Position numbers and translations under genes: made by a program | The notes under the pieces: generated by a model | What the model saw: the letters and a program-made list of their open reading frames with translations, nothing else | Told to the model about the DNA's origin: nothing | The model's database searches: none | Assembly: GCA_903843285.1 (NCBI GenBank) | Contig: CAIMPC010000073.1 | Coordinates: 20,578 to 84,577 of the forward strand | DNA length: 64,000 bases | Origin: Candidatus Omnitrophota bacterium | GTDB lineage: Bacteria > Omnitrophota > Gorgyraeia > 2-01-FULL-45-10 | Reading direction: 5' to 3' | In this document: one piece after another, positions 7,023-21,500 of the stretch | How positions within the stretch are numbered: position 1 is the first letter of the stretch | How the letters are laid out: every line of letters begins with the position of its first letter

Positions 7023-9623
7023 TTATTTCTTATTGCTATTTTTTGCTTTGGTTTTTACTTTTTTTTCGAGGTCCGGCTTCTCGACCGGCGCTGTATTCTC
7101 AATGGCCTTATCTTTCTCCTCGGGCTTCACCTGCTCAGGTGCTTTAGCACCAGGCTGGGGTGCTACCGGAGCCACTGCTTCGGGAACTTTTTCTGCCTCT
7201 TCCTCAGGGACTATCCTGGCGATGGATGTAATCACATCCCCGGAATCGATCCTCATTAATCTTACGCCCTGGGTCGAGCGGCCTGTCGCGCGTATGTCCT
7301 TCACCGGACATCGGACAACCATCCCCTTATCTGTGACGAGCATCAGCTCATCCTTATCCGAGACTGTTTTAAGCCCTACAGCCTCGTCATTCCTGCCCGT
7401 AACTTTGATGTTAATAATACCTTTTCCGCCCCGAGATTGCAACCTGTATTCTTTGAACGGAGTCCTCTTGCCAAAACCTAATCCCGTAACCGTGAGAACC
7501 GTTTGGTCGGCCTTCACGATCTGCATAGCTATAACAACGTCCTTCTTATTAAGGCTTATGCCCCGCACGCCTTTGGCTGAGCGTCCCATATCACGGACCT
7601 GCTCTTCCTTAAATCGTATCGCCTTGCCTTCGCGAGTCGCCAGAAATATCTCGTCGGAACCATTCGTCATCTCGACGCCTATCAGCTCATCATCCTTCTC
7701 GAGCCCCATACCGATAATGCCCCCCTTACGCGGATTAGAGTAGGCCTTAAGATCCGTCTTCTTAATAGAGCCGCTCTTTGTCGCCATAACGAGGAAATGC
7801 CCTTCTTTATATTCCTTTACGGGAACGAATGCGCTTATCTTCTCCCCCTGACCGGTCGTGATAAGATTAACTATTGCCTTGCCCTTGGATGCGCGGCCAG
7901 CCTCCGGTATCTCGTGCACCTTAAGCCAGTGCACTACTCCCTTGTCCGTAAAGAATAATATCGACTCATGCGTCGAAGCTATAAACAGATGCTCGATGAA
8001 ATCCTCTTCCTTTATCTCGGCGCCCGTAACACCTCTGCCGCCGCGATGTTGTTTACGATAGCTTGATATGGGCATTCTTTTAATATATCCGCCATGGCTC
8101 ATCGTTATAACAACGTCTTCTTCGGCTATAAGGTCCTCTATCTCGAGTTCCTCGGCCTCAGGAGCTATCTCGGTGCGCCTTTCATCACCGAATTTCTCCG
8201 ACAGCTCTTTCGTCTCCTGCTTAATTATCTGAAGCACCAGTTTTTCGCTGTCGAGAATAGATTTATAATATTCTATCTTCTTTATTAGCTCTAAATACTC
8301 TTTGTCTATCTTTTCTCGTTCCAGATTAGTTAAGCGCTGAAGCTGCATTTCGAGTATAGCCTGAGCCTGCCTCTCGGAAAGTTCAAACTTTTCCATCAGG
8401 CCGGCCTTAGCCACCTGAGGATCTTTCGATTCCCTGATAAGCTTTATTATTTTGTCGAGGTTCTTAAGCGCTATCTTCAGCCCTTCGAGGATATGCGCGC
8501 GATCCTGTGCCTTCTCGAGGTCAAATTTCGTTCTTCTTACAATAATATCTTTTCTGTGCCTGATGAATTCCGTCAACATCTCTTTCAGCGTCAGCACTTT
8601 AGGGCGGCCGTCGACAAGCGCCAGCATAATGACACCGAATGTCTGTTGCATCTGTGTGTGTTTATAGAGAAGGTTCAATACGACCCGCGCGATGGCTCCG
8701 CGCCTTAACTCTATTACTATACGCATTCCATCCTTATCGGATTCGTCCCTTAAATCGGTGATACCTTCTATCTTCTTATCCTGAACCAGATCTGCGATCG
8801 ATTCGATGAGGTTGGACTTATTAACCATATACGGTATCTCTTTGATGACTATCGCTTCCTTACCGCTCTTCATCTCTTCGACGTAGGCCTTCGCCTGAAT
8901 CCTTAATAAGCCCCTGCCCGTAAGGTAGGCATTCCTTATGCCTTCGTACCCGCGGATAATGCCACCCGTCGGAAAATCAGGACCTTTTATCTTCTTCAGC
9001 AGATCCTTACACTCACAAGCGGGATCATCTATCACATGGATGACGGCGTCGGCGACTTCCTTAATGTTGTGCGAAGGTATATTGGTTGCCATTCCTACGG
9101 CTATGCCGCTCGAGCCATTGATCAGAAGATTCGGAAGGCACGACGGAAGAACCGTCGGTTCCGTAAGTGACCCGTCGAAGTTCGGGGTGAAGTCTACTGT
9201 ATTCTTATCAATATCGAGAAGCATCCAATCGGTGATGTGTTCAAGCCTGGCCTCCGTGTACCTCATGGCGGCCGCTGAATCTCCGTCGATCGACCCGAAG
9301 TTTCCCTGCCCGTCGACCAGCGGATAGCGCAAACTAAAATCCTGCGCCATACGAACCAGCGTGTCGTATATCGACGCGTCGCCGTGCGGATGATATTTAC
9401 CCAGACACTCTCCGACGATCCTGGCGCTCTTCTTATGCGGTTTGTTATGCTCGAGCCCGAGCTCCCTCATCGCATATAGCACCCTCCTGTGGACCGGCTT
9501 AAGTCCATCGCGTATGTCCGGCAGTGCCCTGCCTACAATTACGCTCATCGCGTAATTGATATACGAATCCTTCATCTCCTCTTCAATACACCTGGGAACC
9601 AGCTTCTCATTAAGCGCGTACAT
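7023..9623 (-). CDS. gyrA: DNA gyrase subunit A
   Basis: [30 protein letters not shown] active Tyr, GyrA-box QHRGGRG. Confidence 0.98.
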   Translation of the reverse strand: MYALNEKLVPRCIEEEMKDSYINYAMSVIVGRALPDIRDGLKPVHRRVLYAMRELGLEHNKPHKKSARIVGECLGKYHPHGDASIYDTLVRMAQDFSLRYPLVDGQGNFGSIDGDSAAAMRYTEARLEHITDWMLLDIDKNTVDFTPNFDGSLTEPTVLPSCLPNLLINGSSGIAVGMATNIPSHNIKEVADAVIHVIDDPACECKDLLKKIKGPDFPTGGIIRGYEGIRNAYLTGRGLLRIQAKAYVEEMKSGKEAIVIKEIPYMVNKSNLIESIADLVQDKKIEGITDLRDESDKDGMRIVIELRRGAIARVVLNLLYKHTQMQQTFGVIMLALVDGRPKVLTLKEMLTEFIRHRKDIIVRRTKFDLEKAQDRAHILEGLKIALKNLDKIIKLIRESKDPQVAKAGLMEKFELSERQAQAILEMQLQRLTNLEREKIDKEYLELIKKIEYYKSILDSEKLVLQIIKQETKELSEKFGDERRTEIAPEAEELEIEDLIAEEDVVITMSHGGYIKRMPISSYRKQHRGGRGVTGAEIKEEDFIEHLFIASTHESILFFTDKGVVHWLKVHEIPEAGRASKGKAIVNLITTGQGEKISAFVPVKEYKEGHFLVMATKSGSIKKTDLKAYSNPRKGGIIGMGLEKDDELIGVEMTNGSDEIFLATREGKAIRFKEEQVRDMGRSAKGVRGISLNKKDVVIAMQIVKADQTVLTVTGLGFGKRTPFKEYRLQSRGGKGIINIKVTGRNDEAVGLKTVSDKDELMLVTDKGMVVRCPVKDIRATGRSTQGVRLMRIDSGDVITSIARIVPEEEAEKVPEAVAPVAPQPGAKAPEQVKPEEKDKAIENTAPVEKPDLEKKVKTKAKNSNKK

Positions 9624-9636
9624 ATTTCTCCTTGCC

Positions 9637-13458
<3,822 letters not shown>

Positions 13459-13495
13459 TCATTATTACTATTTATTTATACCATTACTCCGACTC

Positions 13496-13846
13496 TTATT
13501 TTTTTATATCGCCTATTCGGAACCTGATCTCTTTAATCTTCTTTCCTTTTAATTGCAACTCCAAGGATTTTACCAACTCCTGTTTTCGGATGCTCAGCTC
13601 GTACAACCAGCTCGAGTTAGCCACATCGATCACCAGACTTGCCTTCTTAAACGATACGGGCTTCGCATGCCTGGCCGCGGCCTCGCCCGCTGAAATTCGC
13701 CACGCATCTTCGATCTCTTCTTTGCCCAGACGCTCCTTACCGCTCAGGCCTTCTATCACATTGCCGATCAGCTCGCTAAAATGCTCGGCCCCCTTGGGCT
13801 TATGCTTAGATCGGCTGTCGGGGCATGACGACATATACATATTCAT
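13496..13846 (-). CDS. dciA: DUF721/DciA family replicative helicase loader (start codon uncertain; overlaps dnaN end)
   Basis: W..SAGEAAARHAKP..F....LVIDVANSSWLYEL..KQELV...IRFRIG; located between dnaN and gyrB. Confidence 0.85.
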   Translation of the reverse strand: MNMYMSSCPDSRSKHKPKGAEHFSELIGNVIEGLSGKERLGKEEIEDAWRISAGEAAARHAKPVSFKKASLVIDVANSSWLYELSIRKQELVKSLELQLKGKKIKEIRFRIGDIKK

Positions 13847-14900
13847 CCGCTATTCTGACGACTCCCGGTTTCTCCGCATCTACGAGCTCGAGCGCCACGG
13901 TCTCTTGATCGACGTTCTTAAGAAGGCTTACCAGATAGTCGGGGTTGAATCCTATAGACAGGTCCTTCCCTTTATACTGAACGTCGAGGGCCACCCGAGC
14001 CTCGCCCGTATGGGGATCGCTCTTAGACAGGACTATCTTATCTTTGGATGCATCCACCCTAATAAACATCGAGTCGGGACTGGTAAACAGCGCGACTCTT
14101 TTTATCGCGCCCAGAAGCGCGGTCCTGGAAACAACCATTTTATCTTTGGCCTCTTCCGGTATCACCCGTTCATAGTTGGGAAATTCCCCCTCTATAAGCC
14201 TCGATACTAGCTTCGTCGTCCCCGTATCAAACATTACCTGTTTCTCCGCAACCGATATCTTCACATCGCCATCGTCGGTAAGCATCCTGTCCAACTCGCT
14301 CACCGCCTTGGCCGGCAATATAAACTTTCCCTCGAGCGTTTTTGGCAGTTGCATCTTCTCCTCGGTCATAGCCAGACACCTGCCATCGGTGGCGACTAAC
14401 CTTAGGTGGGAGGGTTTCAATACAAACAATATACCGTTAAGCACATGTCTTATCTCATCATGCCCCGCCGCAAAACCCGTTCTGCGGAGTAGCGTCTTCA
14501 GCCTCGCCTGCTTCAGTGTAATATAATTCTTATCTTTAAACTCAGGGGGTTTGGAAAACTCTTCCTCCGACAGCCCCATAATTTTAAAATTACTATTCCC
14601 GCATTCTATGTTGATAATATTATTCTTTTTCACTGATATTGATATAATTTCGTCCGGCAGTTCTTTTATAATCTCCGCCAGCTTCTTTGCCGGCACCGTT
14701 ATAGCGCCCGTAATGGATGGCTTAACAGGTATGACTGTAATTATACCGATATTAAAATCTGTCGCTGTCAGGGTTATATTATCATTCGTTGCTTCCATTA
14801 ATATGTGGGACAAGATCGGTTGAATGGTTTTTGAATCAATAACAGTCTGTACGCTCTGTATCCCTTTTAATAATAAATCTTTTGGCGCCGATATTTTCAT
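13806..14900 (-). CDS. dnaN: DNA polymerase III beta clamp
   Basis: PILSHIL, LTATD, VPAKKL, VATDG, SRLIEGEFPNYERVIP, GFNPDY, YVVMP; ATG 14900 fits the GGGAG RBS. Confidence 0.97.
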   Translation of the reverse strand: MKISAPKDLLLKGIQSVQTVIDSKTIQPILSHILMEATNDNITLTATDFNIGIITVIPVKPSITGAITVPAKKLAEIIKELPDEIISISVKKNNIINIECGNSNFKIMGLSEEEFSKPPEFKDKNYITLKQARLKTLLRRTGFAAGHDEIRHVLNGILFVLKPSHLRLVATDGRCLAMTEEKMQLPKTLEGKFILPAKAVSELDRMLTDDGDVKISVAEKQVMFDTGTTKLVSRLIEGEFPNYERVIPEEAKDKMVVSRTALLGAIKRVALFTSPDSMFIRVDASKDKIVLSKSDPHTGEARVALDVQYKGKDLSIGFNPDYLVSLLKNVDQETVALELVDAEKPGVVRIADEYVYVVMPRQPI

Positions 14901-14924
14901 TCCCAAAAACTCCCTTCTATTAAT

Positions 14925-15047
14925 AAGTATTTAAAGATAGTAATAATCGTAGTAATGGCTGTGGATAAGTGTGTAACTCACTAACTGCTTATATACCAAT
15001 AAGTTGAGAAATTGTAATCCGCTAAAATAAGAGACTACTTATCCACA
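14925..15047. promoter_or_regulatory. oriC unwinding region: AT-rich tract, DnaA-trios and DnaA boxes
   Basis: TAG TAA TAA TCG TAG TAA TGGC TGTGGATAA (box 14960-14968); TTATCCACA at 15039-15047. Confidence 0.85.
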
Positions 15048-15068
15048 CAGCCAACAGGATATAAACCG

Positions 15069-16445
15069 CTATCCCTTAATACTTTCTATTAAGCGGTCCA
15101 ATAAAATCGTAAAACCCTCTTTAGTCTTCAAATCCCCTTCCACTTTAGAGCAGGCGTGCATTACAGTGGTATGGTCACGCCCGCCAAACTGATCCCCTAT
15201 CTCGGGAAGCGAGTATTCCGTGAGTTGCCTGGCCAGATACATCGCCACCTGCCTCGGGTATGCGATAGCTTTAGAACGCTTCTTCGCCCTCATATCCGAT
15301 AGTTTGATGTCGAAGTATTCGCTGACCTTTCGCTGTATAAGATCGATCGTGACCTTCTTCTCGCCCTCGATTATCATGTCCTTTAAAACTTCCTTCGCAA
15401 GCTCCACCGAAACAGTCTTGCCTATGAGCTTAGAATAGGCGACGACGCGTATTAAAGCACCTTCGAGCTCTCTGATGTTTGTCTTAACTTTCTCGGCGAG
15501 AAAATAGAATATGTCCTCACCGAGAGATGTGCCCGCCAACTCCGACTTTCTCTTTAGTATGGCGATCCTCGTCTCGAAATCAGGCGGCTGGATGTCGGTA
15601 ACCAGGCCATACAAGAACCGCGATACCAGGCGCTCTTCCAGCTTATTGATCTCCTTTGGCGGGCGGTCGCTCGTGACAACGATTTGCTTGTGGGCGTCGT
15701 ATAAAGTGTTGAAGGTGTGGAAAAACTCTTCCTGGGTGGAGTCTTTCCCCGCTATAAAATGTACGTCATCTATCAATAATAGATCGACGCTGCGGTACTT
15801 ATCCCTGAATTTAGTCATCGTGCGATTTTGAATCGCGCCTATCATCTCATTGCAGAAGTCCTCGCTGGATATATATAGTATCTTAACCTTCGGATTCTTT
15901 TGAAGCACACAATCGCCTATAGCATGCATTATGTGAGTCTTGCCGAGGCCGGTGCCCCCGTATATGAATAATGGATTATAGGCTTTAGCCAGGGAGTCTG
16001 ATACCGCCATCGCCGCCGCGTGAGCAAATCTATTAGACGGCCCGATGACGAAACTGTCAAATGTATATTTGGGGTTCAGGCCTATCTCTCCGGCGTGGTC
16101 CGAAATGTGTTTTGAAAAAGGCCAAAAACCTTTAGCCTCTTTTCTCTCCCCATCTTTTTTAGCGCTATCAGGGATCGCCGGCGCCGGCAGGCGATCATTC
16201 AATACGAATTCAATAGCTATATTAGCACCGCACGCCCTCCTGACGCCGGAATTGATAATAGGCATATATCTATTCATAAGCCAGTCCTGACAGAATTTGT
16301 TGGGGATCTCGAGAATCATCTTTTCCGACGTGCATGAAGAGCAGTTGATAGGACCGAACCATATATTAAAGGTTTGCTCATTATCGAGATCCTTCCTTAT
16401 ATGTTCTAGAGCCTTACTCCAGGCCGTGGCACCGGAATTACTCAT
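15069..16445 (-). CDS. dnaA: Chromosomal replication initiator DnaA
   Basis: YTFDSFV.G.SN, YNPLFIYGGTGLGKTH, LLIDD, QEEFFHTFN, GGRDHTTV. Confidence 0.98.
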   Translation of the reverse strand: MSNSGATAWSKALEHIRKDLDNEQTFNIWFGPINCSSCTSEKMILEIPNKFCQDWLMNRYMPIINSGVRRACGANIAIEFVLNDRLPAPAIPDSAKKDGERKEAKGFWPFSKHISDHAGEIGLNPKYTFDSFVIGPSNRFAHAAAMAVSDSLAKAYNPLFIYGGTGLGKTHIMHAIGDCVLQKNPKVKILYISSEDFCNEMIGAIQNRTMTKFRDKYRSVDLLLIDDVHFIAGKDSTQEEFFHTFNTLYDAHKQIVVTSDRPPKEINKLEERLVSRFLYGLVTDIQPPDFETRIAILKRKSELAGTSLGEDIFYFLAEKVKTNIRELEGALIRVVAYSKLIGKTVSVELAKEVLKDMIIEGEKKVTIDLIQRKVSEYFDIKLSDMRAKKRSKAIAYPRQVAMYLARQLTEYSLPEIGDQFGGRDHTTVMHACSKVEGDLKTKEGFTILLDRLIESIKG

Positions 16446-16463
16446 ATATTCCTTAATCTGTGG

Positions 16464-16526
16464 TTATCCACAATATAATCCGCGTAATCCTACGTAAAAT
16501 AACAAGTTATTCACATGTTGTGCACA
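16464..16526. promoter_or_regulatory. DnaA box cluster upstream of dnaA (second oriC part)
   Basis: TTATCCACA 16464-16472, TTATTCACA 16507-16515, TTGTGCACA 16518-16526. Confidence 0.8.
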
Positions 16527-16610
16527 GTTGAATTGGATGTAAAACAAAGGCAACATGCGCTATTATATAAAAGTATTTTCGCTAATGCAAGGAAAATTGA
16601 AATTAAATTA

Positions 16611-16638
16611 TTGACTGAAGGGGGCGATGTGCTATAAT
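16611..16638 (+). promoter_or_regulatory. Sigma70 promoter of the rpmH operon
   Basis: TTGACT-N16-TATAAT with extended -10 TG. Confidence 0.6.
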
Positions 16639-16677
16639 CTACTTCGCGATTAACGCAAAAAAGGGAGAGAAGAAAAA

Positions 16678-16815
16678 ATGAAATTAGGATTAAAACCAAA
16701 GTCAAATATAAAGAGAAAGAGAAAGCACGGATTCAGAAAGAGAATGAGCGATCGCTGGGGCAGGGAAGTCCTGAGAAGGCGCAGAAAAAAGGGACGTCAC
16801 AAGCTGACGGTATGA
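16678..16815 (+). CDS. rpmH: 50S ribosomal protein L34 (not in ORF track)
   Basis: [45 protein letters not shown]; divergent from dnaA. Confidence 0.95.
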   Translation: MKLGLKPKSNIKRKRKHGFRKRMSDRWGREVLRRRRKKGRHKLTV

Positions 16816-17204
16816 CGGTTAGCGAAGACCGAACAGGCAGACGCTTAATCTCCGACGAGAAATTTAGCAAAAATGAGCATATGCTCAAGTCCGGAGAGTT
16901 CAGGGCCGTATATAAAAACGGCAGGTCTGTAAGGAGTGAGGGTTTTGTATTGTCTGTCGCAGGAAACGGCCTGGAGCATAACCGGCTCGGTTTTTCTATA
17001 AGCTCCTCATGTATAAAGCGCGCCCACATCAGAAACCGGATTCGCAGATTATTCCGCGAAGTTTATAGGAAGAACAAACCTTTATTTAAAAAAGCTTATG
17101 ATATCGTGATAATTGTGAGAAAAAACCCAGGGGACAACCTGTTTTATGAGAATGCGCATCGGATATTATTATCATTGGCAAGCAAGGCCGAAATATTAGC
17201 ATGA
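16812..17204 (+). CDS. rnpA: Ribonuclease P protein component
   Basis: [29 protein letters not shown] (RNR motif). Confidence 0.93.
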   Translation: MTVSEDRTGRRLISDEKFSKNEHMLKSGEFRAVYKNGRSVRSEGFVLSVAGNGLEHNRLGFSISSSCIKRAHIRNRIRRLFREVYRKNKPLFKKAYDIVIIVRKNPGDNLFYENAHRILLSLASKAEILA

Positions 17205-17419
17205 TATACTTAAAAAAATTGGTATTAGGCGCCTTAAATATATATCGTAAGTACTTATCCCCCATGAAGATACGGTGTTGCAGGTTCTATCCCTCCTGCT
17301 CCGATTATGCAATAGAAGCTATAGAAAAGCACGGGCTATTAGAAGGCTCATTTAAGGGACTCAAAAGGATTTTACGCTGCCAGCCATTTTCTGCGGGCGG
17401 GTATGATCCAGTAAGGTGA
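17201..17419 (+). CDS. yidD: Membrane protein insertion efficiency factor YidD
   Basis: CRFYPSCSDYA.EA..KHG...G..RILRCQPF..GGYDPV. Confidence 0.95.
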   Translation: MIYLKKLVLGALNIYRKYLSPMKIRCCRFYPSCSDYAIEAIEKHGLLEGSFKGLKRILRCQPFSAGGYDPVR

Positions 17420-17426
17420 TCTAAAA

Positions 17427-19016
17427 ATGGAAAAAAGACTTATATTAGCGATCGTTTTATCCGTACTTATAGTATTGGGATTTCAATATTTGGCACCGAG
17501 GCCACCCATTGTACCTGTGAGCCGGGCACCTGCAACCGCCATCGGACAAGCTCTGAAGCAGGCTGAAATTGCGCAGCCGGCCGTTCCTACCGTAGAAGAG
17601 ACAGAACTTAAGGCGGAGACGGACAATTATATATTGACTTTCAGTAACATAGGTGGCTCGATAAAGAAGATCGCATTAAAAAAGTTTAAGGATTCTCAGG
17701 CAGTAAATAATCTAGATTTGATTAGCCTATCGAAGCCGTCCGAATATATATTAAGCATATCTAGTAACAGCAATCCTGAGATTGATAACGCCGCTTACAT
17801 ACCACAGGTTAAAGACAATGTTATAATATATAGATTAAATAGCGGAAATCTTCTAATAACTAAAAAGTATACTCTCCATAAAGCTAAATACGGCATTGAT
17901 TTGGAGTTATCAAGCAAAAATACCGCAGACTCTCCCACCCCATTTAGTTACAGAATCGTGGGTGGAGCGGGTCTTACAGAAACCGGAATGCAGGATAAAA
18001 GATATGTAGAGGTCACGGCCGACATCAATGGTAAGGCGCTCGGATTTAAGAAGCCAAAACAGGATCAACGCACGATCAACCTCGGCGTTGTAAACTGGTC
18101 AGCACTCAAGAATAAATATTTTTCACTTGTTCTAAAACCTCTTTCATTGACAAGGGCACAGTTTTACAGCGAAGACAAAGACGGTGTGATCGTAATGGGC
18201 GTCGATGTCGATGCTGTTAATATTCAGCCGAACTCGACTATAGACAATAGATTTGTTCTATATTGTGGTCCGAGCAGTATCCAAACGCTAAAAGAGCTGA
18301 ATTATGGGCTAGAGGCGACGGTGAACTACGGATTTTTCGGCGGAATTAGCAAGGTTATGCTGGCGGTCATGGGGTTCTTTCATAACGTAACCCACAGCTG
18401 GGGCTTTTCCATAATATTATTGGCAGTATTCCTTAATCTGATACTATTTCCTCTTACCGTCAAAAGCTTTAAGTCGATGCAGAAGATGCAGGAGCTTCAT
18501 CCACAGATGGAACAGCTAAAAAAACAATATAAAGACAACCCAGAGAAAATGAATAAGTCCGTTATGGAGCTTTATAAGAAATATAATATTAATCCGCTGA
18601 GTGGATGTCTGCCGATAGTGCTTCAAATGCCTATTTTTATAGCACTCTATTCTGCACTAATGAAGTCGATAGAGCTTCGTAATACAGGTTTTTTCTGGAT
18701 AAAAGACCTGTCATCACCTGATGCTGTAAGGTTGCCATTCACCCTGCCGTTTCTCGGAAATAGTATAAATATACTTCCGCTCATCATGGTTGCTGCTATG
18801 GTCATGCAGCAGAAGATTTCGACGAAGACAATGGGAGGTGCGGTAACGCCCGAACAGAAAGAACAGCAGAAAATTATGTTGATAGTGATGCCCATCGTCT
18901 TCGGGTTTATTTTCTATAGCATGCCGTCAGGATTAGTGCTTTACTGGGTAGTGAATACTGCATTAACCATAGTCGAGCAATCGTCGTTAGCAAAAAATAG
19001 CGTATCAGTAGTTTGA
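17427..19016 (+). CDS. yidC: Membrane protein insertase YidC
   Basis: SMQKMQELHP, NPLSGCLPIVLQMPIF, WIKDLSSPD, PSGLVLYW. Confidence 0.96.
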   Translation: MEKRLILAIVLSVLIVLGFQYLAPRPPIVPVSRAPATAIGQALKQAEIAQPAVPTVEETELKAETDNYILTFSNIGGSIKKIALKKFKDSQAVNNLDLISLSKPSEYILSISSNSNPEIDNAAYIPQVKDNVIIYRLNSGNLLITKKYTLHKAKYGIDLELSSKNTADSPTPFSYRIVGGAGLTETGMQDKRYVEVTADINGKALGFKKPKQDQRTINLGVVNWSALKNKYFSLVLKPLSLTRAQFYSEDKDGVIVMGVDVDAVNIQPNSTIDNRFVLYCGPSSIQTLKELNYGLEATVNYGFFGGISKVMLAVMGFFHNVTHSWGFSIILLAVFLNLILFPLTVKSFKSMQKMQELHPQMEQLKKQYKDNPEKMNKSVMELYKKYNINPLSGCLPIVLQMPIFIALYSALMKSIELRNTGFFWIKDLSSPDAVRLPFTLPFLGNSINILPLIMVAAMVMQQKISTKTMGGAVTPEQKEQQKIMLIVMPIVFGFIFYSMPSGLVLYWVVNTALTIVEQSSLAKNSVSVV

Positions 19017-19069
19017 TTTTTGAAATCGGAGTGTAATCTTTTAAGTAAATGAGCGTAGGAGTAGTGATT

Positions 19070-19085
19070 TTTTCCACGTGGAACA
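19070..19085. promoter_or_regulatory. parS centromere-like site
   Basis: TTTTCCACGTGGAACA, 15/16 match to the TGTTCCACGTGGAACA palindrome, just upstream of parA. Confidence 0.85.
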
Positions 19086-19093
19086 TTTGGTAA

Positions 19094-19948
19094 ATGCCTA
19101 AAACAATCGCCATATGCAATCAAAAAGGTGGTGTCGGTAAGACGACAACCGCTATCAATCTTGCTACCTTTTTGGCTTTTCTCCAGAAGCGCACTCTACT
19201 TATTGACATAGACCCTCAGGGCAACGCTACGAGCGGTATTGGCATAAATAAACATAATATTAAGGAAAGCGTATATGAAATGCTCGTTGAAGATGCGGAC
19301 CCAAGATCTATAATTATCAGTAGCGGTATAGACCATTTCTCACTTGCACCCTCCACATTGAGTCTTACTGGAGCTGAGGTTGAGCTTGTGGCCGTAATGG
19401 GGCGCGAATATAAATTAAAAAAAGCCCTAATATCGATATCATCCGAATACGACTACATAATTATCGATTGTCCTCCTTCCTTGGGGTTATTGACGATCAA
19501 TGCTCTTGCTGCGGCGGATTCGGTCCTGATACCGGTTCAGTGCGAATACTATGCTCTCGAAGGCCTTAGTCAGCTAGTCAACACAATCAATCTAGTCAGG
19601 GAGAATATTAATTCGGCGCTTACTATCGAAGGTGTCTTGCTTACGATGGCCGATTTTAGGACTAAACTGACCACCGAAGTCATAAATGAGGCAAGGAACT
19701 TCTTTAAGGGCAGGGTTTATAATACAGTTATACCTCGCAATATTCGCTTAACTGAGGCACCTGGTTTTGGTAAACCGATAGCTCTTTACGATAAGCATTC
19801 TATCGGTGCCCAAAAATATCGAGAGTTTACCGAGGAACTGTTAGACGTTAAGAAAGATATCAATCAGCCAAATATAGCACATAGTGTAGATATCCCCAGT
19901 AATGTCAATGAGTTACAGAAGATTGGTGATATTGAGAAGAGTCAATAA
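19094..19948 (+). CDS. parA: Chromosome partitioning ATPase ParA/Soj
   Basis: NQKGGVGKTTT, DIDPQGNAT, IDCPPSLG, PVQCEYYALEG. Confidence 0.96.
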   Translation: MPKTIAICNQKGGVGKTTTAINLATFLAFLQKRTLLIDIDPQGNATSGIGINKHNIKESVYEMLVEDADPRSIIISSGIDHFSLAPSTLSLTGAEVELVAVMGREYKLKKALISISSEYDYIIIDCPPSLGLLTINALAAADSVLIPVQCEYYALEGLSQLVNTINLVRENINSALTIEGVLLTMADFRTKLTTEVINEARNFFKGRVYNTVIPRNIRLTEAPGFGKPIALYDKHSIGAQKYREFTEELLDVKKDINQPNIAHSVDIPSNVNELQKIGDIEKSQ

Positions 19949-19970
19949 AAATATCTAACGGGAGAAAACA

Positions 19971-20891
19971 ATGTCAAACAAAGCGCTTGGTCGCGGTTTA
20001 GAAGCTCTATTGAACTCAGCGACAGCCGGATCTATCCCATCAGCGATTACGCCGCCGGTAAGCAGTGAGCAGATATTGCAGGTACCGATAGCGCAGATTA
20101 AGACTAATAAGTACCAGCCCCGACTGGAATTTGATCAGGAGAAGCTAAAAGACCTTATTAGTTCTATCAAAGAGAAAGGTGTTATTCAGCCAGTGTTAGT
20201 TAGGAAGCGTGGCGATATCTATGAGCTTATAGCAGGTGAGAGGAGATTTCGAGCGGCGAAAGAGTTGGCAATAGAAACAATACCCGCGATCGTAAAAAAT
20301 GTAGCAGATATCGATATGCTCGAGATATCGCTTATTGAAAACATTCAGCGCGAAGAGCTTAATGCCATAGAAGAGGCGATCGCGTTCCAGAGATTTATTA
20401 CGGACTTTGGTTTTACACAGGAGAAGATTGCACAGGCCCTGGGTAAAGATCGCTCGACGATAGCCAATACCATCAGATTATTAGGGTTGCCTAAAAAGGT
20501 ACAGGATTACATTTCCAAGGGCATTATTTCAGCCGGCCACGCTAAGGCACTGTTATCTCTTCCGATGGAGATTGATCAGATCAGGGCTTGTAATCTTATA
20601 GTGAAAAAAGGCTTGTCCGTGAGGGAGACCGAATCTCTCGTCGGCCGTAGGGCGGGATCGACCAAGCCCGGCATTGAGGTTCGGAAAGAGCAGGGCATCG
20701 TAGATATAGAGAGCCATCTGCAGCAATTGTTCGGCACACGTGTTCGAATTTTACACGGGAAGAAGAGAGGTAGGATACAGATAGAATACTATTCCACAGA
20801 AGACATGAATCGCATACTGGATTTGCTAAATAAAAAAAGTTTATCCGCAACCACCAAGCCAAGCGAGGCCTCAAATTCCATAGCGATATAG
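19971..20891 (+). CDS. parB: Chromosome partitioning protein ParB/Spo0J
   Basis: LGRGL, QPR, GVIQPV, IAGERRFRA, ENIQRE, HTH. Confidence 0.96.
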   Translation: MSNKALGRGLEALLNSATAGSIPSAITPPVSSEQILQVPIAQIKTNKYQPRLEFDQEKLKDLISSIKEKGVIQPVLVRKRGDIYELIAGERRFRAAKELAIETIPAIVKNVADIDMLEISLIENIQREELNAIEEAIAFQRFITDFGFTQEKIAQALGKDRSTIANTIRLLGLPKKVQDYISKGIISAGHAKALLSLPMEIDQIRACNLIVKKGLSVRETESLVGRRAGSTKPGIEVRKEQGIVDIESHLQQLFGTRVRILHGKKRGRIQIEYYSTEDMNRILDLLNKKSLSATTKPSEASNSIAI

Positions 20892-20993
20892 AGATAGCGA
20901 GATAGCGAATAACTCTTGACGAGAAGCCGCTAAATTGATTAGAATAGACTGGCGGTATTTTGTGATATTACGTTTATTATAGGAGAGGATGTT

Positions 20994-21491
20994 ATGGTCG
21001 AACAAACTTTAGTGCTGATTAAACCGGATGGGTTAAGTAAATCGCTTACCGGTAATGTGTTGACACGATTATCAGAAACCAAGCTCGAGATAGTAGCGTC
21101 CAGGATCGTGGAGGTATCGAAGGAGCTCGCCGAGCAGCATTACGCGATGCTTAAAGACAAACCCTTCTTCCCAGATCTTATAAAATACTTGATGGGCGGT
21201 TTTCATAAGAAAAAAGTAATGGCTCTGGTCTATTATGGAGATGACGCAATAGCCAAGATCAGAAAGATTTGCGGTGCCACGAACCCCGAAGAAGCCGATC
21301 CGGTTTCGATACGCGGCGCATACGGCCGCATTACTACCAAGGGCGTGTATGAAAATGTGATACATGCGTCAACGAATCCCGAAGAAGCAGAGCGCGAGAT
21401 AAAATTATGGTTTGCTCCCGATGAGATCATAATGGATCTCTATCCGGTAAAAACGGTAAAGGGAACTTTTGAGAAGAAGATTTGGGTGTAG
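20994..21491 (+). CDS. ndk: Nucleoside diphosphate kinase
   Basis: TLVLIKPDG, HY..L.DKPFF, GATNP, SIRG, NVIHAS, AEREI. Confidence 0.95.
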   Translation: MVEQTLVLIKPDGLSKSLTGNVLTRLSETKLEIVASRIVEVSKELAEQHYAMLKDKPFFPDLIKYLMGGFHKKKVMALVYYGDDAIAKIRKICGATNPEEADPVSIRGAYGRITTKGVYENVIHASTNPEEAEREIKLWFAPDEIIMDLYPVKTVKGTFEKKIWV

Positions 21492-21500
21492 GGGGATATA

